A stretch of DNA of 64,000 nucleotides from the NCBI GenBank assembly GCA_020137815.1, contig CM035356.1:1922001-1986000 (forward strand), written 5' to 3'. Within the stretch, counting starts at the first letter, position 1, and every line of letters starts with the position of its first letter. Position numbers and translations under genes: made by a program. The notes under the pieces were generated by a model. That model did no database searches. It was given only the letters and a program-made list of their open reading frames with translations, and had not been told where the DNA came from. Below, in pieces: positions 52,890 to 64,000 of this stretch. This DNA comes from Hormiphora californensis (taxonomy: Eukaryota; Animalia; Ctenophora).

Positions 52890-54008
52890 TGTTGTTTAAT
52901 TAATTAATTAACTCTGTGTCTATTTTTAGAGTGATCTACCCGGAAATATACCTTGAAATCAATTTCAAAATTACTGTTCATTCAACAAAATTGGTAGAAT
53001 AACTGACAGGTACCTACACTGAGTCTCGGCCATTAGAAATGGGATATATAAAGAAACCTAAAAAACCTATCCATGGTTCTAAACGGGTTCTAAACTATCG
53101 CTAATAGACGGCTCGAGACCATGCATGGATATATGCAAAATGACATGTTTTTGTGTTTATTGACACCCATTTATCCTTAGAGAAACAGTCTTATAACACT
53201 GGTGCAAAGAACACTAACTAACTAACTAGGGTTACCAGGCCGATGAGCTGGTCTCTTGAGATGTAGGTTAACTTCTTTAGACCTGCACAGAATGCAACAG
53301 ACAAGGAAGGGGATAAAATTATATGCACTACGAAATGGTATATACTGTGGCGGAGAGAGACTAATGATAACCTAGTAATGGCATAGAACTTTGTGACCTT
53401 TTATAGCCCCACCCAGTCTCTTAGTACAGCTTGCAGCTTCAACCAATCCAGAGGCAAGTTGTCAGATGCGCCAAGAGAAAGCAAGACAGTGGTTATATTA
53501 GGAGACTTGGTGAGGCAGTCAACTCACTCGTTCGCGGGCCTCCTTTTTTAATACGTCACCAATTAGGAGACATATGGCAAACTACAGAAGCCTCAATATT
53601 CAGTCAATATCTAACAAGATCAGTTAGTGAAGCTGAAACAATGGTTTTCAGCGAGGATCACAATATCTAGCTCTATCAAATATCCCACAAGGACAAAGTA
53701 AAGCTATAATAGAGAGCTGGAATGTGGATAGCTATACAGTCTTTCAATGAGGCGCAACCAGGATCATATTGAACACAGCTGGGAGATGACAATAGAGTAA
53801 ATAACATATATATTGTGTAAATTGATAGTGCAAAATGGGTCCGTGAGGGGTGGAGACTGGAGCTAAGGATAGAAGAGGGAAGAAATGAATAAATGAGATA
53901 TACAGCGTATGGCTATTACAAAGCCTCAGATGAATTAGTATACACAACCTGCTCTACAGCAGTAGCAGCTGCCCAAATACGTTCATCAACAAAAGGAATA
54001 ATTTTGGG

Positions 54009-54009
<1 letters not shown>

Positions 54010-54072
<63 letters not shown>
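54010..54072. repeat. (GA)n microsatellite
   Basis: Direct reading. Confidence 0.95.
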
Positions 54073-54075
<3 letters not shown>

Positions 54076-55793
54076 TGTACACCTTGCACATATTGTAGGC
54101 CCTGCAGCCGATCCAACAGAACACAACCCTATAAAGGAAATGCGAGGGAGAGAGAAAGGAAGTACCAAGAGAGAGGGCGAAAGAGAGAGCACCCGCTGAG
54201 AGCGGCACGAGATTCACACTTCCTCCATATATTTAGGAATTGTTACCAAACAATGGAGCGAGAACGCATGCATTGGACACGAGATAATCAGAACCTAAAA
54301 TGTGCATAGCAGCACAAAATTAGATGGACAGAGACTTAGCATAATCTGGCCAAACGGTGGATGTGGAAGAGACACGGAGAGAAAGAGAACTATCTCGGAG
54401 AGAAAGGGAGAAGTGATTAAGTAATTAGTATAGATCATTACACGCAGAATGCGGGATTTAGAGAGATGTAGAGAGATGTATAGAGAGAGACGTATAGAGA
54501 GAGAGGAGAAAGAGCGAGAGAAAGAGAGTGACAGAGAGACATACACAGTGGGAGACAGAGAGATGAGAGACAGAGAGAGACTAGTTATTAGACCATATTT
54601 GTTGACCAAGCCATGGCTAGCCATATACAATCCTCAGTCTTCACAGAGACATCGAGGAAATGATCAACTTTACCACAAACACGATAAAACCATGAAAAAC
54701 GGAGAAAGGCTGTTTGGCGTTGTGCCGTTGTTGAGTATGGGGTTTAGCAGCGCCACACCCCGTTGTGATTCGCCAGTGTGCTCAGATCGGGTCGGCGGCC
54801 CGTCAGAAAAAAGAGGAGCTATGAGTTATACAAGGGCTATTATACTGATATTTTGTGTATTGAGTAGATCTAATATCTAGCAGCAAGGTTATATGTGCCT
54901 ACACAGACACGTGCATGTACGTGTATTCTAATAGCACACGATGCAGTATATAATGGGTCCTAAATGGGACTCAAATAGGAGATTTATTAGATATAGGGCC
55001 ACTGATTGAGAGATAAAGAGAAAGGCAGTGATATCGTGTGATGGAGAGAAACACACTAAAGTCTCTCATCAACACAGCAGACATATGTTGATAAAAACAA
55101 TGAGAAGTAATATCTGAATAGAGTGGGACAAGAGTGGACAAGGGGTGAGACAAGGGGTGGGTACTGGGTGGGTACTGGGTATATCCCCCGATGGGTATTA
55201 ACTGTTAGTGGACAACTGACAACGATCTGACAATGATATCTACTGCTAAGAACTATATTACTAACCTTTCTTTCAGTTCAAGTAGTAATCATGCTATCAT
55301 CCGGTACAGTTCCACAACCTGTCACATCGCCGTACATTACCATCTTGGAACAACATGCTAGATGTGGAGAACAGTTAGGTTAATAGAATTTTAGTAATTA
55401 GAATGCGGCTGGAAAGGAGGATACATGTGGGATAATCGAAGGTGGGGTAAGAAGGTGGGGAGGAAATGGGAGATCTCATTAATTGACAATTTAACAAATT
55501 ATGTAAATTTTGAGAAGAATAGTATTTTGGTCGTAGATTTATGCACACACAACACTCATCATATTCTGTCCCAATCCCATCATATAATATTCATCAGTCA
55601 TATTGATACACCCGGACCACGTTACAAATGTTATAAATTCAAAGCTATTATATCACATACCCTAGATGGTTGAAGGTGTTTCATTTTAAGATGGCACTGC
55701 CATCATGGCAGCCCATGTATCTTCAAATATCTCCAAATATCTCCAATATCTCCAAATATCTCCAAATATCTCTCTCAATAATCCTCTATTATA

Positions 55794-56430
55794 CTGGGTG
55801 TTCATTTTGGATCTTTACAAGCGTTGGCCTTCACCCAGAAAAAAGTTGACAATATCAGGCCATGAAACTTCATACTTGGACTATTCTATACCCTCATTCA
55901 AGGTTCCTGGGGTTTTTGGAGCTCTAGCACCCCGGGAAGTGTGTTTTTGGCATCAAAACTACCAGAAGGAATTTTTTGCTGGTGCTGAGACTTTGCTAAA
56001 ATGTTTTTTGGGTATTTTCTATGTCAATCCTAAAGTTTCATAGAGATTGGATGTGTTTTTCGGACTCACAATTTCGATAAAAGTGGCTGGAAAGGCTCAG
56101 AAACAGCTCAAAAACGGCTAAAATTTAGTCTCTCCAGCCACTATTTACGAAATTTTGAGTCTGAAAAACACATCCAATCTCTATGAAACTTTAGGATTGA
56201 CATAGAAAATACCCAAAAAACATTTTAGCAAAGTCTCAGCACCAACAAAAATTTCCTTCTGGTAGTTTTGATGCCAAAAACACACTTCCCGGGGTCCTAA
56301 AGCTCCAAAACCCCCAGGAACCTTGAATGAGGGTATAGAATAGTCCAAGTATGAAGTTTCATGACCAAATCTTGCCAACTTTTTTCTGGGTGAAGCCCAA
56401 CGCTTGTAAAGATCCAAAATGAACACCCTG
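55794..56430. mobile_element. Foldback mariner-type MITE
   Basis: TA|C(T/A)GGGTGTTCATTTTGG...CCAAAATGAACACCCTG|TA, with slightly diverged arms of ~300 bp and mirrored ORFs. Confidence 0.88.
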
Positions 56431-56730
56431 TATACTCGAACAAACTAAAAAAATCCCATGCCACAGTAAACAAACTCTAACACAACAACCTCCACGGTCT
56501 CAAAATTTAGAATTATATATCAATTGACGTATACAAATTTCAGGGAAAACACTAGCAGGGTGTACCTGTACACTATCAGCTGCATCGCGCTAACCATTTC
56601 TCCAACGAGCGGGGCGAGGAGAGTGGTCAGCTGCATCGCGCTAACAGAGAGCACGCCTGCAGTAACAAATAGCTTGGGGGGTATACAAAGTGTAGCGCAT
56701 CTCAGGTATAATAGTGGTGATGTGTTCCAG

Positions 56731-59700
56731 CTAGTTGCTCACGGCAAGTATCATCCTGAAAAGGGGGGGGATTTAGTGAAATCATAAAATGGAACCTGAG
56801 TTGCGGCAATTCGTTCCCCAGTACAGCCTCATCCCGCCCTCACTCACCAGAGCAGTCCAGCGAAGAAGTTGATGAGATAGAGAGCAAGTTTAACGAATCC
56901 CTCCTTCTTGTTCCGATCCATTTCATCTCCATTCATGACAGCAGTGGGGTCGTAGATACCAAGCACACTCATTCTTGGCCTCGTGGCATACCTGAAAGGA
57001 GTTGTTGAGTAACAACGAGAAGGGAGGGGGCGGGTGTTCTAACCCTGATTTTACGGGGCGTGCGGTGAGACATTGTCGAGTGAATTGAAAGGAAGGGAAG
57101 CTTCAACATTCCAGAAATGGAATTCCAATGAAGAAAAATAAGAAAGACCCGCTTCTCTTTCGATTATCTCAAATAGGCTGTGTGGTTATAAACTGTCTGG
57201 CACCGCGGACCCCATCCGAGCGCACTGTCGCTTGAGAATCAAATCGGGGGCTGGCGCCGCCAGACAGGTCATAAACAAACATTGTCAGGCTCGATGGCCA
57301 ATCTTCAGTTGACACACTTCCTGAGAATACTCACCTATACGCGTGATAGAGGGCTAGGGGGCACATGATAACAATTCCCAGGTACTGCATGTAGTAGAGG
57401 TAACAGAGGGCAATGAATCCTTGTAGTCCATATTCTGGCATCACCAACTGAGGGAGTTAATTAGTTTAATTAATTAGGGAGTTAATTAGTTTAATTAATT
57501 CAATGTCTCAGCTGAGGGGGCATTGAACCCTGTAGTTTCACTATCTGAGGGAGGGGGGGGGTACCTTAGGGGTAATTTCATTACCAAGCCAATAGTACAA
57601 ATGGATTGTGTCGCACAGCAAGGATTTAATCTCTTAGTGGGAAGTGGGGGGGGGGGGGGGGGGTCAAGTGTATCAAACACTTTCAGGAAATTGGACTTTT
57701 GTAATCCCATATTGTCGGGGGGGGGGGGGGTCCTAATAAACCGTATGATATGAACACAGTTACCCGCTATATCTTCTTTGCATTTATATCTATCTCTCGA
57801 ATACCTTGGGTATTGGGTGTGGTACGGGTGTGACATCTTGACCATTCTCAGACTTATATGTTCTTTTCAGAATTTAAATTATTTTCAGAATTTAAACTTT
57901 TCTCAGAAATGGTCATGCGGCGTCACATACGAAATCTAGAGAGGTGTGGCTAAACTTTTGCAAGACTTTGAAATGCCCCACTTTATGGGTTGCTCCTTAT
58001 CTCGGCACTGCTGCAGTGCTCAAGCCCTCTCCTTATCATAGTCAAGCCCCCTCCTTATCATAGATTATTTAAGGATCAGGTCACATATCAAGGAACTATA
58101 TTCGCCCTATTGTCTCAGTATTGTGATACATGATCAGGTATATCGCTCTGTTTTTGTGATCTAACCAGTTTTTTGCTGTCATAATATATCTCTCGTATGA
58201 TGAAAAGTGTTTCAAGTTTCAACTCATCTTAAACCTAGATCTGAAAATGTCCAGAACAGAGAAACTATTGCCTAGTTCACGTTGACTTTATAAAGCATTA
58301 TACAACTAAACGGTTGTCTCTTGAGACTATCTATATTCCATTTCAAACAACTATAATGTATTTACTAGATCGCTCGGATATTCTAATTTATAAATGTGAC
58401 TGTGTCATCCAACAATGCCGAACAATGTCTAACGAAGCTCTTTATTTTATTCTATTGTAGTATGACTCGTAAAAAAACCTTTTAGTCTATCAATTGTTAC
58501 CGATATTTGATACCCCATGAACGATTTCAAGATACCGATATTTGATACGACATGACACCTTTCTAGATCCAGTCAAACGTAGATTTATTGATCTCATCAG
58601 TGGTTTTTGTTGGATATTTGTCTCAGTATTGTGATACATGATCAGGTATATCGCTCTGTTTTTGTGATCTTGCAGTCCATATTCTGGCATCACCAACTGA
58701 GGGAGTTAATTAGTTTAATTAATTAGGGAGTTAATTAGTTTAATTAATTCAATGTCTCAGCTGAGGGGGCATTGAACCCTGTAGTTTCACTATCTGAGGG
58801 AGGGGGGGGGGGGTACCTTAGGGGTAATTTCATTACCAAGCCAATAGTACAAATGGATTGTGTCGCACAGCAAGGATTTAATCTCTTAGTGGGAAGTGGG
58901 GGGGGGGGGGGTCAAGTGTATCAAACACTTTCAGGAAATTGGACTTTTGTAATCCCATATTGTCGGGGGGGGGGGGGGTCCTAATAAACCGTATGATATG
59001 AACACAGTTACCCGCTATATCTTCTTTGCATTTATATCTATCTCTCGAATACCTTGGGTATTGGGTGTGGTAGGGGTTTAGTAGATCATGTGGTGAATCG
59101 TAGAATAGGCATCTTGACCTTTCTCAGACTAATATGTTCTTTTCAGAATTTAAACTGCATTTTCAGAATTTAAACTTTTCTCAGAAATGGTCATGCGGCG
59201 TCACATACGAAATCTAGAGAGGTGTGGCTAAACTTTTGCAAGACTTTGAAATGCTCCACTTTATGAGTTGCTCCTTATCTCAGCACTGCTGCACTGATCA
59301 AGCCAGGAACCGACCGAATCAGGAAATACTGGTCCCTGATTGGCTGATAACCAGTCACGTGACCTAAATAACGAGTTCTGATTGGTTGTTTACTTGTTTC
59401 GGTCGCGGTCGGTTCCTGCTCCTTATCATAGTCAAGCCCCTCCATAGTCCATATCATAGATTGTTTAAGGATCAGGTCACATATCAAGGAACTATATATT
59501 CGCTATATATTGTCTAAGTTCTCAGTATTGTGACACCTGATCAGGTATATCGCTCTGTTTTTGTGATCTCATCCTAGTGTTTTGCTGTCATGATCATATA
59601 TCTCTCGTATGATGAAAAGTGTTTCATGCTCAATCTATCTGAAAATGTCCAGAACAGAGAAACTATTGCCTAGTTCACGTTGACTTTATAAAGCATTATA

Positions 59701-60956
59701 CAACTAAACGGTTCTCTTGAGACTATCTATATTCCATTTCGAACAACTATAACATGTTTATCAGATCGCTCGGATATTCTAATTTATAAATGTGACTGGT
59801 TGATATCATCAACATTGCCGAACTTTGTTTAATCTTTGTTTAATGTTTATTAGTTTACCCAATTTACTCTATTCCAGTATGACTATTGGAAACCTTTTAG
59901 TTTATCAATTGTTACCGATATTTGATACCCCATGAACAATTTCAAGATACCGATATTTGATACGACATGACAACTTTCAGTCAAACGTTGATTTATTGGG
60001 CTCGTCAGCGGTTTTTGTTGGATATTTGATATGTAGTGTGGCCTTTATAGTTTCATCAGTTTGTGATTTCACTATATAGTGCTATCCAACAATCAATAAT
60101 CGAATTGGTCCAGAAAGAAATATACAAATAAGTTTTACTTTCGTCACAATTGCGTCATAGTGTGAACAGGAAAGGGTACTTGGGCCTTTTTGCAAGATAA
60201 AAGTGCATGTGTTTTTGTGGAATAAGTCCACTGCTAGGGTAAAAGTACATAATGCATTTAGTCGTGACGCAGTTATATTGCAAGTGCAGGGAACGGCATT
60301 GTAATATCTAACTTTCTTTAACAATTTTTCGTCGTTTTGCTGTAAGAGAGAATGCCCAATATGACTGCATGATAGTCCCCCAGCTGGGACGTCTTTTTCT
60401 TTTAGATTAAAAAGATAACTATAATTATGTCTCATATAGCTAGTTGTGTATTAAATGGCGGTACTTTATGACAGCTTTTTCCTCTCATAAGATATGAAAA
60501 TATGTTTTAAAATGAATGTATAATCTCAGCCTGTCATGTTTATTAATTTAGAAGGGGGTGATGTCAGTACACCGGTCATGTTTTAGTTCAAGCTGAACGA
60601 CTTTTTCAAAAAGACAGTACTGCCCTGTTATAACAGTATAATCTTTGCATGATCATCTGCATGATTTTCGTGCATGTAATAATCTTTATACAATTGGCAA
60701 TGAGCATTGAAACAGCCATCCTACCTGTTATTATACATTGCGATTTTGAGATGATCCAAGTTTAGCTTTTCATGACTTACTTGTTATGTGTTCGAACCCT
60801 CCTTACATTTGGGCGCGGAGAGTGGGGGTCAACCAAGGCAATTAGACTTACTTGCCTTACTCGACCCTGTATCCCGCAATGACTTACCGGGTTGAGGGAG
60901 TTACAGAGGTCAATCGGGTTCTTATAGTCCGTCTTCAGCTCGTCAAACGATATTAT
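56731..60956 (-). CDS. CNIH: Cornichon homologue (first coding exon not found, probably outside the window)
   Basis: Exons 60956-60888 (IISFDELKTDYKNPIDLCNSLNP), 57447-57335 (LVMPEY..), 56991-56848 (GIYDPT..KEGFVKLALYL) and 56755-56731 join in phase. Confidence 0.93.
57193..57267. mobile_element. ~75-bp MITE, same family as 30459-30531
   Basis: CTGTCTGG..CCAGACAG, flanked by GTTATAAA and GTCATAAA (7/8 match). Confidence 0.7.
57424..60028. repeat. Tandem ~1.2-1.35 kb duplication within cornichon
   Basis: 57424-58620 aligns with 58675-60028. The first ~400 bp are nearly identical and the rest is more diverged. Confidence 0.9.
59304..59418. mobile_element. hAT-type MITE, copy 2
   Basis: CAGGAACCGACCG..CGGTCGGTTCCTG. 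Absent from the paralogous site near 58025. Confidence 0.85.
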
Positions 60957-62365
60957 CTGTAACAGGGGATATGTCACACAACTTTAACAGGGGATTATAG
61001 ATATATGTCACACACATCTTTGAGAATTATAGTAATCAGATATTGCAAAACCACTAGGTCAATATCATCTCGAGATAGTTGGTCTCATTTAGAAACTAGC
61101 TCACTTAACGAATAACACCCCTATCATTATACTCAGATAACTTTGTAGACTGCTATAATCTTTGTAGTTCGTCGTGAGACTCTATCTCTCTCTCAATCTA
61201 ACCTCACTTTCCGCCTAATAAACTGTGATCACCGCGGTAGGTCGTTGGTGGTGTCAAAGAAATAAACTACCTAGCTCTAGGGAACCACGTGGTTAAGTTA
61301 CGAAACCCCTTTTATCAATATCTTTTACAACATCAGGCCTTTAAAAGGGGAATACTTTGGTGGTTTTGGTATAAGTTGACAGGCTTTACTCTCGGTGATG
61401 TTCAAGAATTAATGCTCTTGATGAATGAGTTGACACATATTTCACCCATATCATATTTCATTTCCCAATCCCAACGTATTTCATATTATTACAACTCGAC
61501 GTCAATGGGCGAACCCAAATCATATCATATCACGTTTCATCAGTGATATACTTTTTAAGATACTGGATAGCTTTATTATTACTTTCTTGTTGAGTAACAG
61601 TTAGTTTCGATTTTAGAAGATGTTGAAACCACAACCACCTTACCATGATATTAATCTCTTGGGGTTTTCAACTCTTATTATAGTGGTAGATATAAGTTCC
61701 CCTCTTTAAATCGTGACCTACTTCAGATTAATAACACCACCCACATTGCGGTTTAATCCAAGTTCTGCACGTCTCATTAGGTGATTAACAAGCAGCCTTA
61801 GCCCTACTATAACAGTCTGAAGCTGCTTTGGAAGCTGGTATCAAAAGCAACCCTAGCCTAGCATTATACTACTGTAGCTCTGTAACAGGTATCAGATGTC
61901 TCCAGAGGCTGCCTTGTTAACCCTAGCCACAATCATATATCTGCTTTGAAGGTACCTTGTTAGCAATCTACCTAATCTGTAGTGGTTTTTAAGGTGCACT
62001 ATGTATAATAGGGTTTGGGAACTGCAAAACCAGCTCTTCAGTTACGTCACTTTGCCAAATATAGGCATCTGTTGCATATTGACCCTCTCCCAATGAAAAT
62101 AGGAGATACCCATTACCCAGGCCAGTTTAACCTTCCAGTCATGTAACCAATGATGTTATCTTAGGCAACATACTGCGGAAATTTGGGCACGTCGCGCCCC
62201 TCATGTTCGCACGCCCAAAGGGCGATCCCCTCACACACCTACAGGGCTTGCCTGCTACGCAGGCAATGCGGAAATCTATATTACATATGTACTACATACT
62301 ACTCAGGGAGCAGTTTAAGACGCAATGATATGACATTCAATTTAATCATCGGGCCGTATACTTAT

Positions 62366-62412
62366 CTAAATTCGGTATTCATATATTGAATCAATATGAA
62401 TACCGAATTTAG
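62366..62412. repeat. Short palindrome
   Basis: CTAAATTCGGTATTCATAT ... ATATGAATACCGAATTTAG. Confidence 0.8.
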
Positions 62413-63785
62413 TCATTGAGGGAGTGGACTGGCTATACCAATATAAAAACTATTAACGCTCGGCTCACTGTAGAGGCTTGCTTCCATTTCCTAAGAAAAC
62501 GCTCTGTCAAACTCTTCCAAGAAATTTAGTTTTCATATAATTAGCCAGTTAAGTGTTACTAAAATTATTGGTATGTCCTTTAACTTGATCTGTGAAGAGA
62601 TGCCGGCGAGAGTGCTCAACTGCTCGTTTCGATTATAGTTATGTTCTTTAGTTATAACTTTTCTTTTTTATTCCGTCGAATATGTTTCTGAAAAACTTAG
62701 ATAATTCAGGAGAGTTTGCAGTTTGCATACAGACCTACGTATACTGTCAGTATTTTAGATCCTTCAATAGACACCTAAGTCCTAAGCGAGGGCCGGTTTA
62801 CTATAGACCTTCATTATAGAACACTAGCTCATCAGTACATCTGCATGGTAAGTTAACAAAGTGATAATGTGACTAGAGAGATGTAGCAGTCAGGTCACTA
62901 AAAGGTGTAAATACGCCCGAAATGCACGGCCATCATCGTGTATAGAGCGGCATATATAAATGTTAGCTGAGTTCCAACCCACACAACAACTGTTGTATGT
63001 GATGATGGGTCCGGGTTTAGGCCCCGGTTTAGGTGCTAAATATAGTGCGTGGTTAACGTAGCTTTATAGAATGGTTTTTTATAGCCATTGTCGGGCTGGG
63101 AAATGCAGCATCCTTATAACTTGCACTCTCTCTATCTCCCTCTATCGATATTAGCTTGGTTGGAGAGAGCACTTCGTGAGACCTACATTGTCTCCCTGTA
63201 ATGACCATGGACATTTTAACCTTTCAGTGATCCTATTGCATTGTATTAGGTTATGCAGTTAGCCTGGGATCGCTCGATGTCCCGGAAACCTAGCGAAGGA
63301 AAACCTAAGGCCGTTAATGTTATAAGTGTCACATCCTCATAAAACGGAGAAGCCATTTTTGTATCGATTCCTGGGAATATTACCACATGATCTGACAGTT
63401 ATGCACTGTCGAGGGACCTCAGTTCAGGCCCTTCATGTATATAAGTGACGTGATGTCTTGTTAGCAAGTGTTTGAATAGTTTCAACTAAACTATTGACGT
63501 TGACTAACGTTCTGCTGTTCTTAAAATAGTAACTATATTCTTGAAATATTATATCCTTGTTCTTTTCACAATTTGATCACTTGATATTCACACTAGACAT
63601 ATTTGCTCAGCTGTCACCCATGCAACCCCTTGTCAGAAGCTCTGACATGATATTACTGTCAGAGAAAAGGGGGCGTCAAGAGGGGGAGTTGGTGGTTACA
63701 ACGACTTATCCAGCTGTTGTACAGTATTTAGTCTGCCGGGTTGAAGAGGGATGGGAAGGGCTAGAGAGAGGAGGGAGAGAGGAGG

Positions 63786-63818
<33 letters not shown>

Positions 63819-64000
63819 TTGAACAGGTGGTTCCAACTAGTTTCATAGACCTTCACCCTTTTCTCGCCCTGTCTCCCTCGTTTCAACAGGTCATTAGTAA
63901 TAGCTTGTTGATCTGTCACCATAATTGATAATGCTTTATTATGATGTTACCGACACGCGTCAAAGAATATGTCAGGGACTAGCTGATATATAAAGGACTG

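Noticed and set aside
53230-55360. Possible minus-strand exon fragments
   Set aside because: Phases are inconsistent and no domain is recognisable.
61000-64000. Search for the first cornichon exon
   Set aside because: No convincing hydrophobic exon with a donor was found; it is probably beyond the window.

Overview
Intron-rich animal genomic DNA from a draft assembly: a 100-N gap at 21368-21467, low-quality sequence beside it, and scattered single-base frameshifts. It is most probably a ctenophore (Pleurobrachia-like). This is inferred from the (CT)n-rich style and a recalled high-copy repeat that translates as QEPTETSKQPIRTRYLGHVTGYQPIRDQYFL. Genes were rebuilt by hand from splice sites and phases: a Jupiter/HN1-like PPGG-motif protein; an RNI-type LRR protein; an intronless alpha-tubulin followed at ~0.4 kb spacing by two tandem SRSF3/7-like SR genes; a 10-exon coiled-coil gene whose introns host an antisense, highly divergent anoctamin and two CR1-type LINEs; a GPI-anchored Ly6/three-finger gene; and cornichon. 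Many non-autonomous DNA elements have readable TIRs and TSDs (Harbinger, Kolobok-like foldback, Merlin-like, Tc1/mariner, hAT, Helitron). Best leads: (1) matching 37-38 nt candidate poison exons in intron 2 of both SR paralogues; (2) a ~0.6 kb-arm foldback 17 nt downstream of a splice donor in one of them; (3) a possible SL trans-spliced tubulin-SR-SR operon; (4) an anoctamin that appears to lack the canonical Ca2+-binding acids; (5) a LINE derivative lacking both catalytic cores.
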